A model generated the notes under the pieces. The model searched no databases. It was not told where the DNA came from and saw nothing but the letters and a program-made list of their open reading frames with translations. 64,000 nt of DNA from Eledone cirrhosa (taxonomy: Eukaryota): positions 24,490,001 through 24,554,000 of the forward strand of contig OZ024740.1 of the NCBI GenBank assembly GCA_964016885.1. Reading direction: 5' to 3'. A program made the translations under genes and the position numbers. Shown piece by piece: positions 14,080 to 29,500 of the stretch (position 1 is its first letter; every line of letters begins with the position of its first letter).

Positions 14080-15871
14080 AGAATGAAACTAGAGAGTTAG
14101 AGATGTAGAGACATATAGATAAATAGGACAGAAGGAAACTAGAGAGCTAGAGATGCAGAGACATATAGATAAATAGGACAGGGGGAAACTAGAGAGGTAG
14201 AGATGGAAAGACATATAGATAAATAGGACAGAAGGAAACGAGAGAGCTAGAGATGTAGAGACATATAGATGAATTGGACAGAAGCAAACTAGAGAGCTGG
14301 AGATGCAGGGTCATATAGATAAATAGGACAGTAGGAAACTAGAGAGGTAGAGTTCGAGAGACATATAGATAAATAGGACAGAAGGAAAGTAGAGAGTTAG
14401 AGAGGGAGAGACATATTTATAAATAAGACAGAAGGAAACTAGAGAGTTAGAGATGGAAAGACACATAGATAAATCGGACAGAAGGAAACTAGAGAGATAG
14501 AGATTCAGAGACATATAGATAAATAGGACAGAAGGAAACTAGAGAGGTAGAGATGGAGCGACATATAGATAAATAATACAGAAGGAAACGAGAGAGATAG
14601 AGATGGAGAGACATATAGATAAATAGGACAGAAGGAAACTAGAGAGTTAGAGATGGAGAGACATATAGATAAATAGGACAGAAGGAAACTAGAGAGCTAG
14701 AGATATAGAGACATATAGATAAATAGGACAGAAGGAAACTAGAGAGCTAGAGATGCAGAGACATATAGATAAATAGGTCAGAAGGAAACTAGAGAGTTAG
14801 AAATGGAGTGACATATAGATAAATAGGACAGAAGGAAACTACAGAGCTAGAGGGGCAGAGACATATAGATAAATAGGACAGAAGGAAACTAGAGAGTTAG
14901 AGATGTAGAGACATATAGATAAATAGGACAGAATGAAACTAGAGAGTTAGAGGTGGAGAGACATATAGATAAATAGGACAGAAGGAAACTAGAGAGTTAC
15001 AGATTGAGAGATATATAGATAAATAGGACAGTAGGAAACTAGAGAGCTAGAGATGGAGAGACATATAGATAAATAGGACAGAAGGAAACTAGAGAGTTAG
15101 AGATGGAGATACATATAGATAAATAGGACAGAAGGAAACTAGAGAGTTAGAGATGGAGAGACATATAGATAAATAGGACAGAAGGAAACTAGAGAGGTAG
15201 AGATGGAGCGACATATAGATAAATAAGACAGAAGGAAACTAGAGAGCTAAAGATGGAGAGACATATAGATAAATAGGACAGAAGGAAATTAGAGAGGTAG
15301 AGATGGAGCGACATATAGATAAATAAGACAGAAGGAAACTAGAGAGCTAGAGATGGAGAGACATATAGATAAATAGGACAGAAGGAAACTAGAGAGGTAG
15401 AGATGGAGCGACATATAGATAAATAAGACAGAAGGAAACTAGAGAGCTAGAGATGGAGAGACATATAGATAAATAGGACAGAAGGAAACTAGAGAGTTAG
15501 AGAGGGAGAGACATATAGATAAATAGGACAGAAGGAAACTAGAGAGGTAGAGATGGAGCGACATATAGATAAATAAGACAGAAGGAAACTATAGAGTTAG
15601 AGATGGAGAGACATAGATATAAATAGGACAGAAGGAAATTAGAGAGTTAGAGATGGAGAGATATATAGATAAATAGGACAGAAGGAAACTAGAGAGCTAG
15701 AGATGGAGAGACATACAGATAAATAGGACAGAAGGAAACTAGAGATCTAGAGATGCAGACATATAGATAAATAGGACAAGAGGAAACCAGAGAGCTAGAG
15801 ATGGAGCGACATATAGATAAATAAGACAGAAGGAAACTAGAGGGTTAGAGATGGAGAGACATATAGATAAA

Positions 15872-18800
15872 TAGGACAGAAGGAAACTAGAGAGGTAGAG
15901 ATGGAGCGACATATAGATATATAGGACAGAAGGAAACTAGAGATCTAGAGATGCAGACATATAGATAAATAGGACAAGAGGAAACCAGAGAGCTAGAGAT
16001 GGATGAGACATATAGAAAAATAGGACAGAAGGAAACTAGAGAGCTAGAGATGCAAAGACATATAGATAAATAGGACAGAAGGAAACTAGAGAGTTAGAGA
16101 AGGAGAGACATATAGATAAATAGAACAGAAGGACAATAGAGAGTGAGAAATAGAGAGACATATAATTAAATAGGACAGAAGGAAAGGAGAGAGCTAGAGA
16201 TGGAGAAACATCTAGATAAATAGTACAGAAGGAAACTAGAGAGTTAGAGATGGAGATACATATAGATAAATAGGACAGAAGGAAACTAGAGAGTTAGAGA
16301 AGGAGAGACATATAGATAAATAGGACAGAAGGAAACTAGAGAGTTTGAGATGGAGACATATATATACAGAGGACAGAATGACACTAGAGAGCTAAAGATG
16401 GAGAGACATATAGAAAAATAGGACAGAAGGAAACTAGACAGATAGAGAGGGATAGACATATAGATAAATAGGACAGAAGGAAACTAGAGAGGTAGAGATG
16501 TAGAGACATATAGATAAATAGGACAGAAGGAAAGTAGAGAGCTAGAGATGGAGAGACATCTAGATAAATATTACAGAAGGAAACTAGAGAGTTAGAGATG
16601 GAGAGACATATAGATAAATAGGACAGAAGGAAACTAGAGAGCTAGTGATGCAGAGACATATAGATAAATAGGACAGGAGGAAACTAGAGAGGTAGAGATG
16701 GAGCCACATATAGATAAATAACACAGAAAGAAACTAGAGAGTTAGAGATGGAGAGTCATATAGATATATAGGACAGAAGGTAATTAGAGATCTAGAGATG
16801 CAGCCATATAGATAAATAGGACAAGAGGAAACTAGAGAGGTAGAGATGTAGAGACATATAGATAAATAGGACAGAAGGAAACTAGAGAGTTAGAGATGGA
16901 GAGACATATAGATAAATAGGACAGTACGAAACTAGAGAGTTAGAGATGGAGAGACATATAGAAAAATAGGACAGAAGGAAACTAGAGAGCTAGATATGCA
17001 GAGACATATAGATACATAGGACAGAAGGAAACTAGAGAGTTAGAGATGGAGAGACATATAGAAAAATAGGACAGAAGGAAACTAGAGTGTTAGAAATGGA
17101 GAGACATATAGATAAATAGGACAGAACGAAAGTAGAGAGCTAGAGATGGAGAGACATATAGATAAATAGTACAGAAGGAAACTAGAGAGTTAGAGATGGA
17201 GAAACATATAGGAAATAGGAAAGAAGGAAACTAGAGCGTTAGAGATGGAGAGACATATAGAGAATTAGGACAGAAGGATACTAGAGAGTTAGAGATGGAG
17301 AGACATATAGACAAATAGGACACAAGGAAACTAGCGAGCTAGAGATGCAGAGACATATAGATAAATAGGACAGAACAAAACTAGAGAGTTAGAGATGGAG
17401 AGACATATAGAGAATTAGGACAGAAGGAAACTAGAGAGGTAGAGATGGAGCGACATATAGATATATAGGACAGAAGGAAACTAGAGATCTAGAGATGCAG
17501 ACATATAGATGAATAGGACAAGAGGAAACCAGAGAGCTAGAGATGGATGAAACATATAGAAAAATAGGACAGAAGGAAACTAGAGAGCTAGAGATGCAAA
17601 GACATATAGATAAATAGAACAGAAGGAAACTAGAGAGTTAGAGAAGGAGAGACATATAGATAAATAGAACAGAAGGACAATAGAGAGTGAGAAATAGAGA
17701 GACATATAATTAAATAGGACAGAAGGAAAGGAGAGAGCTAGAGATGGAGAAACATCTAGATAAATAGTACAGAAGGAAACTAGAGAGTTAGAGATGGAGA
17801 TACATATAGATAAATAGGACAGAAGGAAACTAGAGAGTTAGAGAAGGAGAGACATATAGATAAATAGGACAGAAGGAAACTAGAGAGTTTGAGATGGAGA
17901 CACATATATATACAGAGGACAGAATGACACTAGAGAGCTAAAGATGGAGAGACATATAGAAAAATAGGACAGAAGGAAACTAGACAGATAGAGAGGGATA
18001 GACATATAGATAAATAGGACAGAAGGAAACTAGAGAGGTAGAGATGTAGAGACATATAGATAAATAGGACAGAAGGAAAGTAGAGAGCTAGAGATGGAGA
18101 GACATCTAGATAAATATTACAGAAGGAAACTAGAGAGTTAGAGATGGAGAGACATATAGATAAATAGGACAGAAGGAAACTAGAGAGCTAGTGATGCAGA
18201 GACATATAGATAAATAGGACAGGAGGAAACTAGAGAGGTAGAGATGGAGCCACATATAGATAAATAACACAGAAAGAAACTAGAGAGTTAGAGATGGAGA
18301 GTCATATAGATATATAGGACAGAAGGTAATTAGAGATCTAGAGATGCAGCCATATAGATAAATAGGACAAGAGGAAACTAGAGAGGTAGAGATGTAGAGA
18401 CATATAGATAAATAGGCCAGAAGGAAACTAGAGAGTTAGAGATGGAGAGACATATAGATAAATAGGACAGTACGAAACTAGAGAGTTAGAGATGGAGAGA
18501 CATATAGAAAAATAGGACAGAAGGAAACTAGAGAGCTAGATATGCAGAGACATATAGATACATAGGACAGAAGGAAACTAGAGAGTTAGAGATGGAGAGA
18601 CATATAGAAAAATAGGACAGAAGGAAACTAGAGTGTTAGAAATGGAGAGACATATAGATAAATAGGACAGAACGAAAGTAGAGAGCTAGAGATGGAGAGA
18701 CATATAGATAAATAGTACAGAAGGAAACTAGAGAGTTAGAGATGGAGAAACATATAGGAAATAGGAAAGAAGGAAACTAGAGCGTTAGAGATGGAGAGAC

Positions 18801-20520
18801 ATATAGAGAATTAGGACAGAAGGATACTAGAGAGTTAGAGATGGAGAGACATATAGACAAATAGGACACAAGGAAACTAGCGAGCTAGAGATGCAGAGAC
18901 ATATAGATAAATAGGACAGAACAAAACTAGAGAGTTAGAGATGGAGAGACATATAGAGAATTAGGACAGAAGGAAACTAGAGAGGTAGAGATGGAGCGAC
19001 ATATAGATATATAGGACAGAAGGAAACTAGAGATCTAGAGATGCAGACATATAGATAAATAGGACAAGGGGAAACCAGAGAGCTAGAGATGGATGAGACA
19101 TATAGAAAAATAGGACAGAAGGAAACTAGAGAGCTAGAGATGCAAAGACATATAGATAAATAGGACAGAAGGAAACTAGAGAGTTAGAGAAGGAGAGACA
19201 TATAGATAAATAGAACAGAAGGACAATAGAGAGTGAGAAACAGAGAGACATATAATTAAATAGGACAGAAGGAAAGGAGAGAGCTAGAGATGGAGAAACA
19301 TCTAGATAAATAGTACAGAAGGAAACTAGAGAGTTAGAGATGGAGATACATATAGATAAATAGGACAGAAGGAAACTAGAGAGTTAGAGAAGGAGAGACA
19401 TATAGATAAATAGGACAGAAGGAAACTAGAGAGTTTGAGATGGAGACACATATATATACAGAGGACAGAATGACACTAGAGAGCTAAAGATGGAGAGACA
19501 TATAGAAAAATAGGACAGAAGGAAACTAGACAGATAGAGAGGGATAGACATATAGATAAATAGGACAGAAGGAAACTAGAGAGGTAGAGATGTAGACACA
19601 TATAGATAAATAGGACAGAAGGAAAGTAGAGAGCTAGAGATGGAGAGACATCTAGATAAATATTACAGAAGGAAACTAGAGAGTTAGAGATGGAGAGACA
19701 TATAGATAAATAGGACAGAAGGAAACTAGAGAGCTAGTGATGCAGAGACATATAGATAAATAGGACAGGAGGAAACTAGAGAGGTAGAGATGGAGCCACA
19801 TATAGATAAATAACACAGAAAGAAACTAGAGAGTTAGAGATGGAGAGTCATATAGATATATAGGACAGAAGGTAATTAGAGATCTAGAGATGCAGCCATA
19901 TAGATAAATAGGACAAGAGGAAACTAGAGAGGTAGAGATGTAGAGACATATAGATAAATAGGACAGAAGGAAACTAGAGAGTTAGAGATGGAGAGACATA
20001 TAGATAAATAGGACAGTACGAAACTAGAGAGTTAGAGATGGAGAGACATATAGAAAAATAGGACAGAAGGAAACTAGAGAGCTAGATATGCAGAGACATA
20101 TAGATACATAGGACAGAAGGAAACTAGAGAGTTAGAGATGGAGAGACATATAGAAAAATAGGACAGAAGGAAACTAGAGTGTTAGAAATGGAGAGACATA
20201 TAGATAAATAGGACAGAACGAAAGTAGAGAGCTTGAGATGGAGAGACATATAGATAAATAGTACAGAAGGAAACTAGAGAGTTAGAGATGGAGAAACATA
20301 TAGGAAATAGGAAAGAAGGAAACTAGAGCGTTAGAGATGGAGAGACATATAGAGAATTAGGACAGAAGGATACTAGAGAGTTAGAGATGGAGAGACATAT
20401 AGACAAATAGGACACAAGGAAACTAGCGAGCTAGAGATGCAGAGACATATAGATAAATAGGACAGAACAAAACTAGAGAGTTAGAGATGGAGAGACATAT
20501 AGAGAATTAGGACAGAAGGA
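15872..20520 (+). repeat. 1,546-bp HOR (31 monomers) x3
   Basis: Marker TACGAAAC at 16,925, 18,471 and 20,017. Marker GGATGA at 16,001, 17,545 and 19,091; the first copy carries a 2-bp deletion near 16,358. Confidence 0.93.
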
Positions 20521-23500
20521 TACTAGAGAGTTAGAGATGGAAAGACATATAGATAAATAGGACAGAAGGAAACTAGAAAGTTAGAGATGGAGAGACATAT
20601 AGAAAAATAGGACATAAGGAAACTAGAGAGTTTGAGATGGAGAGACATATAGGTAAATAGGTCAGAAGGAAACTAGAGAGTTAGAGATGGAGTGACATAT
20701 AGATAAATAGGACAGGAGGAAACTATAGAGGTAGAGATGGAGCGACATCTAGATAAATAGGACAGAAGCAGACTAGAGCGCTAGAGAGGGAGAGACATAT
20801 AGATATATAGGACAGAAGCAAACTAGAGAGCTGGAGATGCAGGGTCATATAGATAAATAGGACAGAAGGAAACTAGAGAGTTAGAGAGGGAGAGACATAT
20901 TTATAAATAAGACAGAAGGAAACTAGAGAGTTAGAGATGGAAAGACATATAGATAAATAGGACAGAAGGAAACTAGAGAGATAGAGATTCAGAGACATAT
21001 AGATAAATAGGACAGGTGGAAACTAGAGAGGTAGAGATGGAGCGACATATAGATAAATAGGACAGAAGGAAACTAGAGAGGTAGAGATGGAGCGACATAT
21101 AGATAAATAGGACAGAAGGAAACTAGAGAGTTAGAGATGGAGAGACATATAGATAAATAGGACAGAAGGAAACTAGAGAGTTACAGATTGAGAGATATAT
21201 AGATAAATAGGACAGTAGGAAACTAGAGAGATAGAGATGGAGAGACATATAGATAAATAGGACAGAGGGAAACTAGAGAGGTAGAGATGGAGAGATATAT
21301 AGATAAATAGGACAGAGGGAAACTAGAGAGCTAGAGATATAGAGATATATAGATAAATAGGACAGAAGGAAACGAGAGAGCTAGAGATGCAGAGACATAT
21401 AGATAAATATGACAGAAGGAAACTAGAGAGTTAGAGATGGAGAGATATATAGATAAATAGGACAGAAATAAACTAGAGAGCTAGAGATGGAGAGACATAT
21501 AGATAAATAGGACAGAAGGAAACTAGAAAGCTAGAGATGGAGACACATATAGAAAAATAGGACATAAGGAAACTAGAGAGTTAGAGATGGAGAGACATAT
21601 AGATAAATAGTTCAGAAGGAAACTAGAGAGTTAGAAATGGAGTGACATATAGATAAATAGGACAGAAGGAAACTACTGAGCTAGAGGGGCAGAGACATAT
21701 AGATAAATAGGACAGGTGGAAACTAGAGAGGTAGAGATGGAGAGACATATAGATAAATAGGACAGAAGGAAACTAGAGAGTTAGAGATGGAGAGACATAT
21801 AGATAAATAGGACAGGTGGAAACTAGAGAGTTACAGATTGAGAGATATATAGATAAATAGGACAGTAGGAAACTAGAGAGCTAGAGATGGAGAGACATAT
21901 AGATAAATAGGACAGAAGGAAACTAGAGAGTTAGAGATGGAGAGACATATAGATAAATAGGACAGAAGGAAACTAGAGAGTTACAGATTGAGAGATATAT
22001 AGATAAATAGGACAGTAGGAAACTAGAGAGCTAGAGATGGAGAGACATATAGATAAATAGGACAGAAGGAAACTAGAGAGCTAGAGATATAAAGACATAT
22101 AGATAAATAGGACAGAAGGAAACTAGAGAGTTAGAGATGGAGAGACATATAGATAAATAGGAAAGAAGGAAACTATAGAGTTAGAGATGAAGAGACATAT
22201 AGATAAATAGGACAGAAGTAGACTAGAGAGTTAGAGATGGAGAGATATATAGATAAATAGGACAGAAGGAAACTAGAGAGCTAGAGATGGAGAGACATAC
22301 AGATAAATAGCACAGGAGGAAACTATAGAGGTAGAGATGGAGCGACATCTAGATAAATAAGACAGAAGGAAACTAGAGAGTTAGAGATGGAGAGACATAT
22401 AGATATATAGGACAGAAGGAAACTAGAGATCTAGAGATGCAGACATATAGATAAATAGGACAAGAGGAAACCAGAGAGCGAGAGATGGATGAGACATATA
22501 GAAAAATAGGACAGAAGGAAACTAGAGAGTTAGGGATGGAGAGACATATAGAACATAGGACAGAAGGAAAATAGAGAGTGAGAAATGGAGAGACATATAA
22601 TTAAATAGGACAGAAGGAAAGGAGAGAGTTAGAGATAGAGATACATATAGATAAATAGGACAGAAGGAAACTAGAGAGTTAGAGATGGAGAGACATATAG
22701 ATAAATAGGACAGAAGGAAACTAGAGATTTAGAGATAGAGAGACATATAGATAAATAGGACAGAAGGAAACTAGAGAGTTAGAGAGGGAGAGACATATTT
22801 ATAAATAAGACAGAAGGAAACTAGAGAGTTTGAGATGGAGACACATATAGATACAGAGGACAGAAGGAAACTAGAGAGCTAGAGATGGAGAGACATATAG
22901 AAAAATAGGACAGAAGGAAACTAGACAGATTGAGAGGGATAGACATATAGATAAATAGGACAGAAGTAAAGTAGAGAGCTAGAGATGGAGAGACATCGAG
23001 ATAAATAGTACAGAAGGAAACTAGAGAGTTAGGGATGGAGAGACATATAGATAAATAGGACAGAAGGAAAGTAGAGAGCTAGAGATGGAGAGACATCTAG
23101 ATAAATAGTACAGAAGGAAACTAGAGATTTAGAGACGGAGAGACATATAGATAAATAGGACAGAAGGAAACTAGAGAGTTAGAGATGGAGCCACATATAG
23201 ATAAATAACACAGAACGAAACTAGAGAGTTAGAGATGGAGAGACACATAGATATATAGGACAGAAGGTAATTAGAGATCTAGAGATGCAGCCATATAGAT
23301 AAATAGGACAAGAGGAAACTAGAAAGGTAGAGATGTAGAGACATATAGATAAATAGGACAGAAGGAAACTAGAGAGTTAGAGATGGAGAGACATATAGAT
23401 AAATAGGACAGTAGGAAACTAGAGAGTTAGAGATGGAGAGACATAGAGACAAATAGGACAGAAGGAAACTAGAGAGCTAGATATGCAGAGACATATAGAT

Positions 23501-26500
23501 ACATAGGACAGAAGGTAACTAGAGAGTTAGAGATGGAGAGACATATAGAAAAATAGGACAGAAGGAAACTAGAGAGCTAGTGATGCAGAGACATATAGAT
23601 AAATAGGACAGAAGGAAAGTAGAGAGATAGAGATGGAGAGACATCTAGATTAAAAGTACAGAAGGAAACTAGAGAGATAGAGATGGATAGACATATAGAT
23701 AAATAGGACAGAAGGAAAGTAGAGAGCTAGAGATGGAGAGATATCTAGATAAATATTACAGAAGGAAACTAGAGAGTTAGAGATGGAGAGACATATAGAT
23801 AAATAGGACAGAAGGTAATTAGAGATCTAGAGATGCAGCCATATAGATAAATAGGACAAGAGGAAACTAGAGAGTTAGAGATGGAGAGACATATAGATAA
23901 ATAGGCAGAAGTAAACTAGAGAGATAGAGATGTAGAGACATATAGATAAATAGGACAGAAGGAAACTAGAGAGTTAGAGATGGAGAGACATATAGATAAA
24001 TAGGACAGAAGGAAACTAGAGAGTTACAGATTGAGAGATATATAGATAAATAGGACAGTAGGAAACTAGAGAGCTAGAGATGGAGAGACATATAGATAAA
24101 TAGGACAGAAGGAAACTAGAGAGCTAGAGATATAAAGACATATAGATAAATAGGACAGAAGGAAACTAGAGAGTTAGAGATGGAGAGACATATAGATAAA
24201 TAGGACAGAAGGAAACTAGAGAGCTAGAGATGCAGAGACATATAGATAAATAGGACAGGAGGAAACTAGAGAGGTAGAGATGGAGCGACATATAGATAAA
24301 TAAGACAGAAGGAAACTAGAGAGATAGAGATGGATAGACATATAGATAAATAGGACAGAAGGAAACTAGAGAGATAGAGATGGAGAGACATATAGATAAA
24401 TAGGACAGAAGGAAACTAGAGAGATAGAGATGGATAGACATATAGATAAATAGGACAGAAGGAAAGTAGAGAGCTAGAGATGGAGAGACATCTAGATAAA
24501 TAGTACAGAAGGAAACTAGAGATTTAGAGACGGAGAGACATATAGATAAATAGGACAGAAGGAAACTAGAGAGTTAGAGATGGAGCCACATATAGATAAA
24601 TAACACAGAACGAAACTAGAGAGTTAGAGATGGAGAGACACATAGATATATAGGACAGAAGGTAATTAGAGATCTAGAGATGCAGCCATATAGATAAATA
24701 GGACAAGAGGAAACTAGAAAGGTAGAGATGTAGAGACATATAGATAAATAGGACAGAAGGAAACTAGAGAGTTAGAGATGGAGAGACATATAGATAAATA
24801 GGACAGTAGGAAACTAGAGAGTTAGAGATGGAGAGACATAGAGACAAATAGGACAGAAGGAAACTAGAGAGCTAGATATGCAGAGACATATAGATACATA
24901 GGACAGAAGGAAACTAGAGAGTTAGAGATGGAGAGACATATAGAAAAATAGGACAGAAGGAAACTAGAGAGTTAGAAATGGAGAGACATATAGATAAATA
25001 GGACAGAACGAAAGTAGAGAGCTAGAGATGGAGTGACATATAGATAAATAGGACAGAAGGAAACTAGAGAGCTAGAGATATAAAGACATATAGATAAATA
25101 GGACAGAAGGAAACTAGAGAGTTAGAGATGGAGAGACATACAGATAAATAGGACAGAAGGAAACTAGAGAGATAGAGATGGTGAGACATATAGATAAATA
25201 GGACAGAAGGAAACTATAGAGTTAGAGATGGAGAGACATATAGATAAATAGGACAGAAGTAAACTAGAGAGTTAGAGATGGAGAGACATACAGATAAATA
25301 GGACAGAAGGAAACTAGAGAGTTAGTGATGCAGAGACATATAGATAAATAGGACAGGAGGAAACTATAGAGGTAGAGATGGAGCGACATCTAGATAAATA
25401 AGACAGAAGGAAACTAGAGAGTTAGAGATGGAGAGACATATAGATATATAGGACAGAAGGAAACTAGAGATCTAGAGATGCAGACATATAGATAAATAGG
25501 ACAAGAGGAAACCAGAGAGCTAGAGATGGATGAGACATATAGAAAAATAGGACAGAAGGAAACTAGAGAGCTAGAGATGCAAGGACATATAGATAAATAG
25601 GACAGAAGGAAACTAGAGAGTTAGAGATGGAGAGACATATAGAAAAATAGGACAGAAGGAAAATAGAGAGTGAGAAATGGAGAGACATATAATTAAATAG
25701 GACAGAAGGAAAGGAGAGAACTAGAGATGGAGAAACATCTAGATAAATAGTACAGAAGGAAACTAGAGAGTTAGAGATGGAGATACATATAGATAAATAG
25801 GACAGAAGGAAACTAGAGAGTTAGAGATGTAGAGACATATAGATAAATAGGACAGAAGGAAACTAGAGAGTTAGAGATAGAGAGACATATAGATAAATAG
25901 GACAGAAGGAAACTAGAGAGTTAGAGAGGGAGAGACATATTTATAAATAAGACAGAAGGAAACTAGAGAGTTTGAGATGGAGAGACATATAGAAAAATAG
26001 GACAGAAGGAAACTAGACAGATAGAGAGGGATAGACATATAGATAAATAGGACAGAAGTAAAGTAGAGAGCTAGAGATGGAGAGACATCTAGATAAATAG
26101 TACAGAAGGAAACTAGAGAGTTAGGGATGGAGAGACATATAGAAAAATAGGACAGAAGGAAACTAGACAGATAGAGAGGGATAGACATATAGATAAATAG
26201 GACAGAAGTAAAGTAGAGAGCTAGAGATGGAGAGACATCTAGATAAATAGTACAGAAGGAAACTAGAGAGTTAGGGATGGAGAGACATATAGAACATAGG
26301 ACAGAAGGAAACTAGAGAGCTAGTGATGCAGAGACATATAGATAAATAGGACAGAAGGAAAGTAGAGAGCTAGAGATGGAGAGACATCTAGATTAAAAGT
26401 ACAGAAGGAAACTAGAGAGATAGAGATGGATAGACATATAGATAAATAGGACAGAAGGAAACTAGAGAGTTAGAGACGGAGAGACATATAGATAAATAGG

Positions 26501-29500
26501 ACAGAAGGAAACTAGAGAAGTAGAGATGGAGCCACATATAGATAAATAACACAGAACGAAACTAGAGAGTTAGAGATGGAGAGACATATAGATATATAGG
26601 ACAGAAGGTAATTAGAGATCTAGAGATGCAGCCATATAGATAAATAGGACAAGAGGAAACTAGAGAGGTAGAGATGTAGAGACATATAGATACATAGGAC
26701 AGAAGGAAACTAGAGAGTTAGAGATGGAGAGACATATAGATAAATAGGACAGTAGGAAACTAGAGAGTTAGAGATGGAGAGACATATAGAAAAATAGGAC
26801 AGAAGGAAACTAGAGTGCTAGATATGCAGAGACATATAGATAAATAGGACAGAACGAAAGTAGAGAGCTAGAGATGGAGAGACATCTAGATGTATAGTAC
26901 AGAACGAAACTAGAGAGTTAGAGATGGAGAAACATATAGTAAATAGGAAAGAAGGAAACTAGAGCGTTAGAGATGGAGAGACATATAGATAAATAGGACA
27001 GAAGGAAACTAGAGAGTTAGAGATGGAGAGACATATAGCCAAATAGAACAGAACAAAACTAGAGAGTTAGAGATGGAAAGACATATAGATAAATAGGACA
27101 GAAGGAAACAAGAGAGTTTGAGATGGAGAGACATATAGGTAAATAGGTCAGAAGGAAACTAGAGAGTTAGAGATGGATTGACATATAGATAAATAGGACA
27201 GGAGGAAACTACAGAGCAAGATGTGCAGAGACATATAGATAAATAGGACAGGAGGAAACTATAGAGGTAGAGATGGAGCGACATCTAGATAAATAAGACA
27301 GAAGGAAAGTAGAGAGCTAGAGATGGAGAGACATATAGATAAATAGGACAGAAGGAAAGTAGAGAGCTAGAGATGGAGAGACATCTAGATAAATAGTACA
27401 GAAGGAAACTAGAGATTTAGAGACGGAGAGACATATAGATAAATAGGACAGAAGGAAACTAGAGTGCTAGAGATGAAGAGACATATAGATAAATAGGACA
27501 GGAGGAAACTAGAGAGCTAGAGATGCAGAGACATATAGATAAATAGGACAGGAGGAAACTAGAGAGTTAGAGAGGGAGAGACATATTTATAAATAAGACA
27601 GAAGGAAACTAGAGAGTTAGAGATGGAAAGACATATAGATAAATCGGACAGAAGGAAACTAGAGAGATAGAGATTCAGAGACATAGATAAATAGGACAGG
27701 TGGAAACAAGAGAGGTAGAGATGGAGCGACATATAGATAAATAAGACAGAAGGAAACGAGAGAGATAGAGATGAAGAGACATATAGATAAATAGGACAGA
27801 AGGAAACTAGAGAGTTAGAGATGGAGAGACATATAGATAAATAGGACAGAAGGAAACTAGAGAGCTAGAGATGCAGAGACATATAGATAAATATGACAGA
27901 AGGAACCTAGAGAGTTAGAGATGGAGAGACATATAGAAAAATAGGACAGAAGGAAACTAGAGTGTTAGAAATGGAGAGACATATAGATAAATAGGACAGA
28001 ACGAAAGTAGAGAGCTAGAGATGGAGAGACATATAGATAAATAGTACAGAAGGAAACTAGAGAGTTAGAGATGGAGAAACATATAGGAAATAGGAAAGAA
28101 GGAAACTAGAGCGTTAGAGATGGAGAGACATATAGAGAATTAGGACAGAAGGATACTAGAGAGTTAGAGATGGAGAGACATATAGACAAATAGGACACAA
28201 GGAAACTAGCGAGCTAGAGATGCAGAGACATATAGATAAATAGGACAGAACAAAACTAGAGAGTTAGAGATGGAGAGACATATAGAGAATTAGGACAGAA
28301 GGATACTAGAGAGTTAGAGATGGAAAGACATATAGATAAATAGGACAGAAGGAAACTAGAAAGTTAGAGATGGAGAGACATATAGAAAAATAGGACATAA
28401 GGAAACTAGAGAGTTTGAGATGGAGAGACATATAGGTAAATAGGTCAGAAGGAAACTAGAGAGTTAGAGATGGAGTGACATATAGATAAATAGGACAGGA
28501 GGAAACTATAGAGGTAGAGATGGAGCGACATCTAGATAAATAGGACAGAAGCAGACTAGAGCGCTAGAGAGGGAGAGACATATAGATATATAGGACAGAA
28601 GCAAACTAGAGAGCTGGAGATGCAGGGTCATATAGATAAATAGGACAGAAGGAAACTAGAGAGTTAGAGAGGGAGAGACATATTTATAAATAAGACAGAA
28701 GGAAACTAGAGAGTTAGAGATGGAAAGACATATAGATAAATAGGACAGAAGGAAACTAGAGAGATAGAGATTCAGAGACATATAGATAAATAGGACAGGT
28801 GGAAACTAGAGAGGTAGAGATGGAGCGACATATAGATAAATAGGACAGAAGGAAACTAGAGAGGTAGAGATGGAGCGACATATAGATAAATAGGACAGAA
28901 GGAAACTAGAGAGTTAGAGATGGAGAGACATATAGATAAATAGGACAGAAGGAAACTAGAGAGTTACAGATTGAGAGATATATAGATAAATAGGACAGTA
29001 GGAAACTAGAGAGATAGAGATGGAGAGACATATAGATAAATAGGACAGAGGGAAACTAGAGAGGTAGAGATGGAGAGATATATAGATAAATAGGACAGAG
29101 GGAAACTAGAGAGCTAGAGATATAGAGATATATAGATAAATAGGACAGAAGGAAACGAGAGAGCTAGAGATGCAGAGACATATAGATAAATATGACAGAA
29201 GGAAACTAGAGAGTTAGAGATGGAGAGATATATAGATAAATAGGACAGAAATAAACTAGAGAGCTAGAGATGGAGAGACATATAGATAAATAGGACAGAA
29301 GGAAACTAGAAAGCTAGAGATGGAGACACATATAGAAAAATAGGACATAAGGAAACTAGAGAGTTAGAGATGGAGAGACATATAGATAAATAGTTCAGAA
29401 GGAAACTAGAGAGTTAGAAATGGAGTGACATATAGATAAATAGGACAGAAGGAAACTACTGAGCTAGAGGGGCAGAGACATATAGATAAATAGGACAGGT

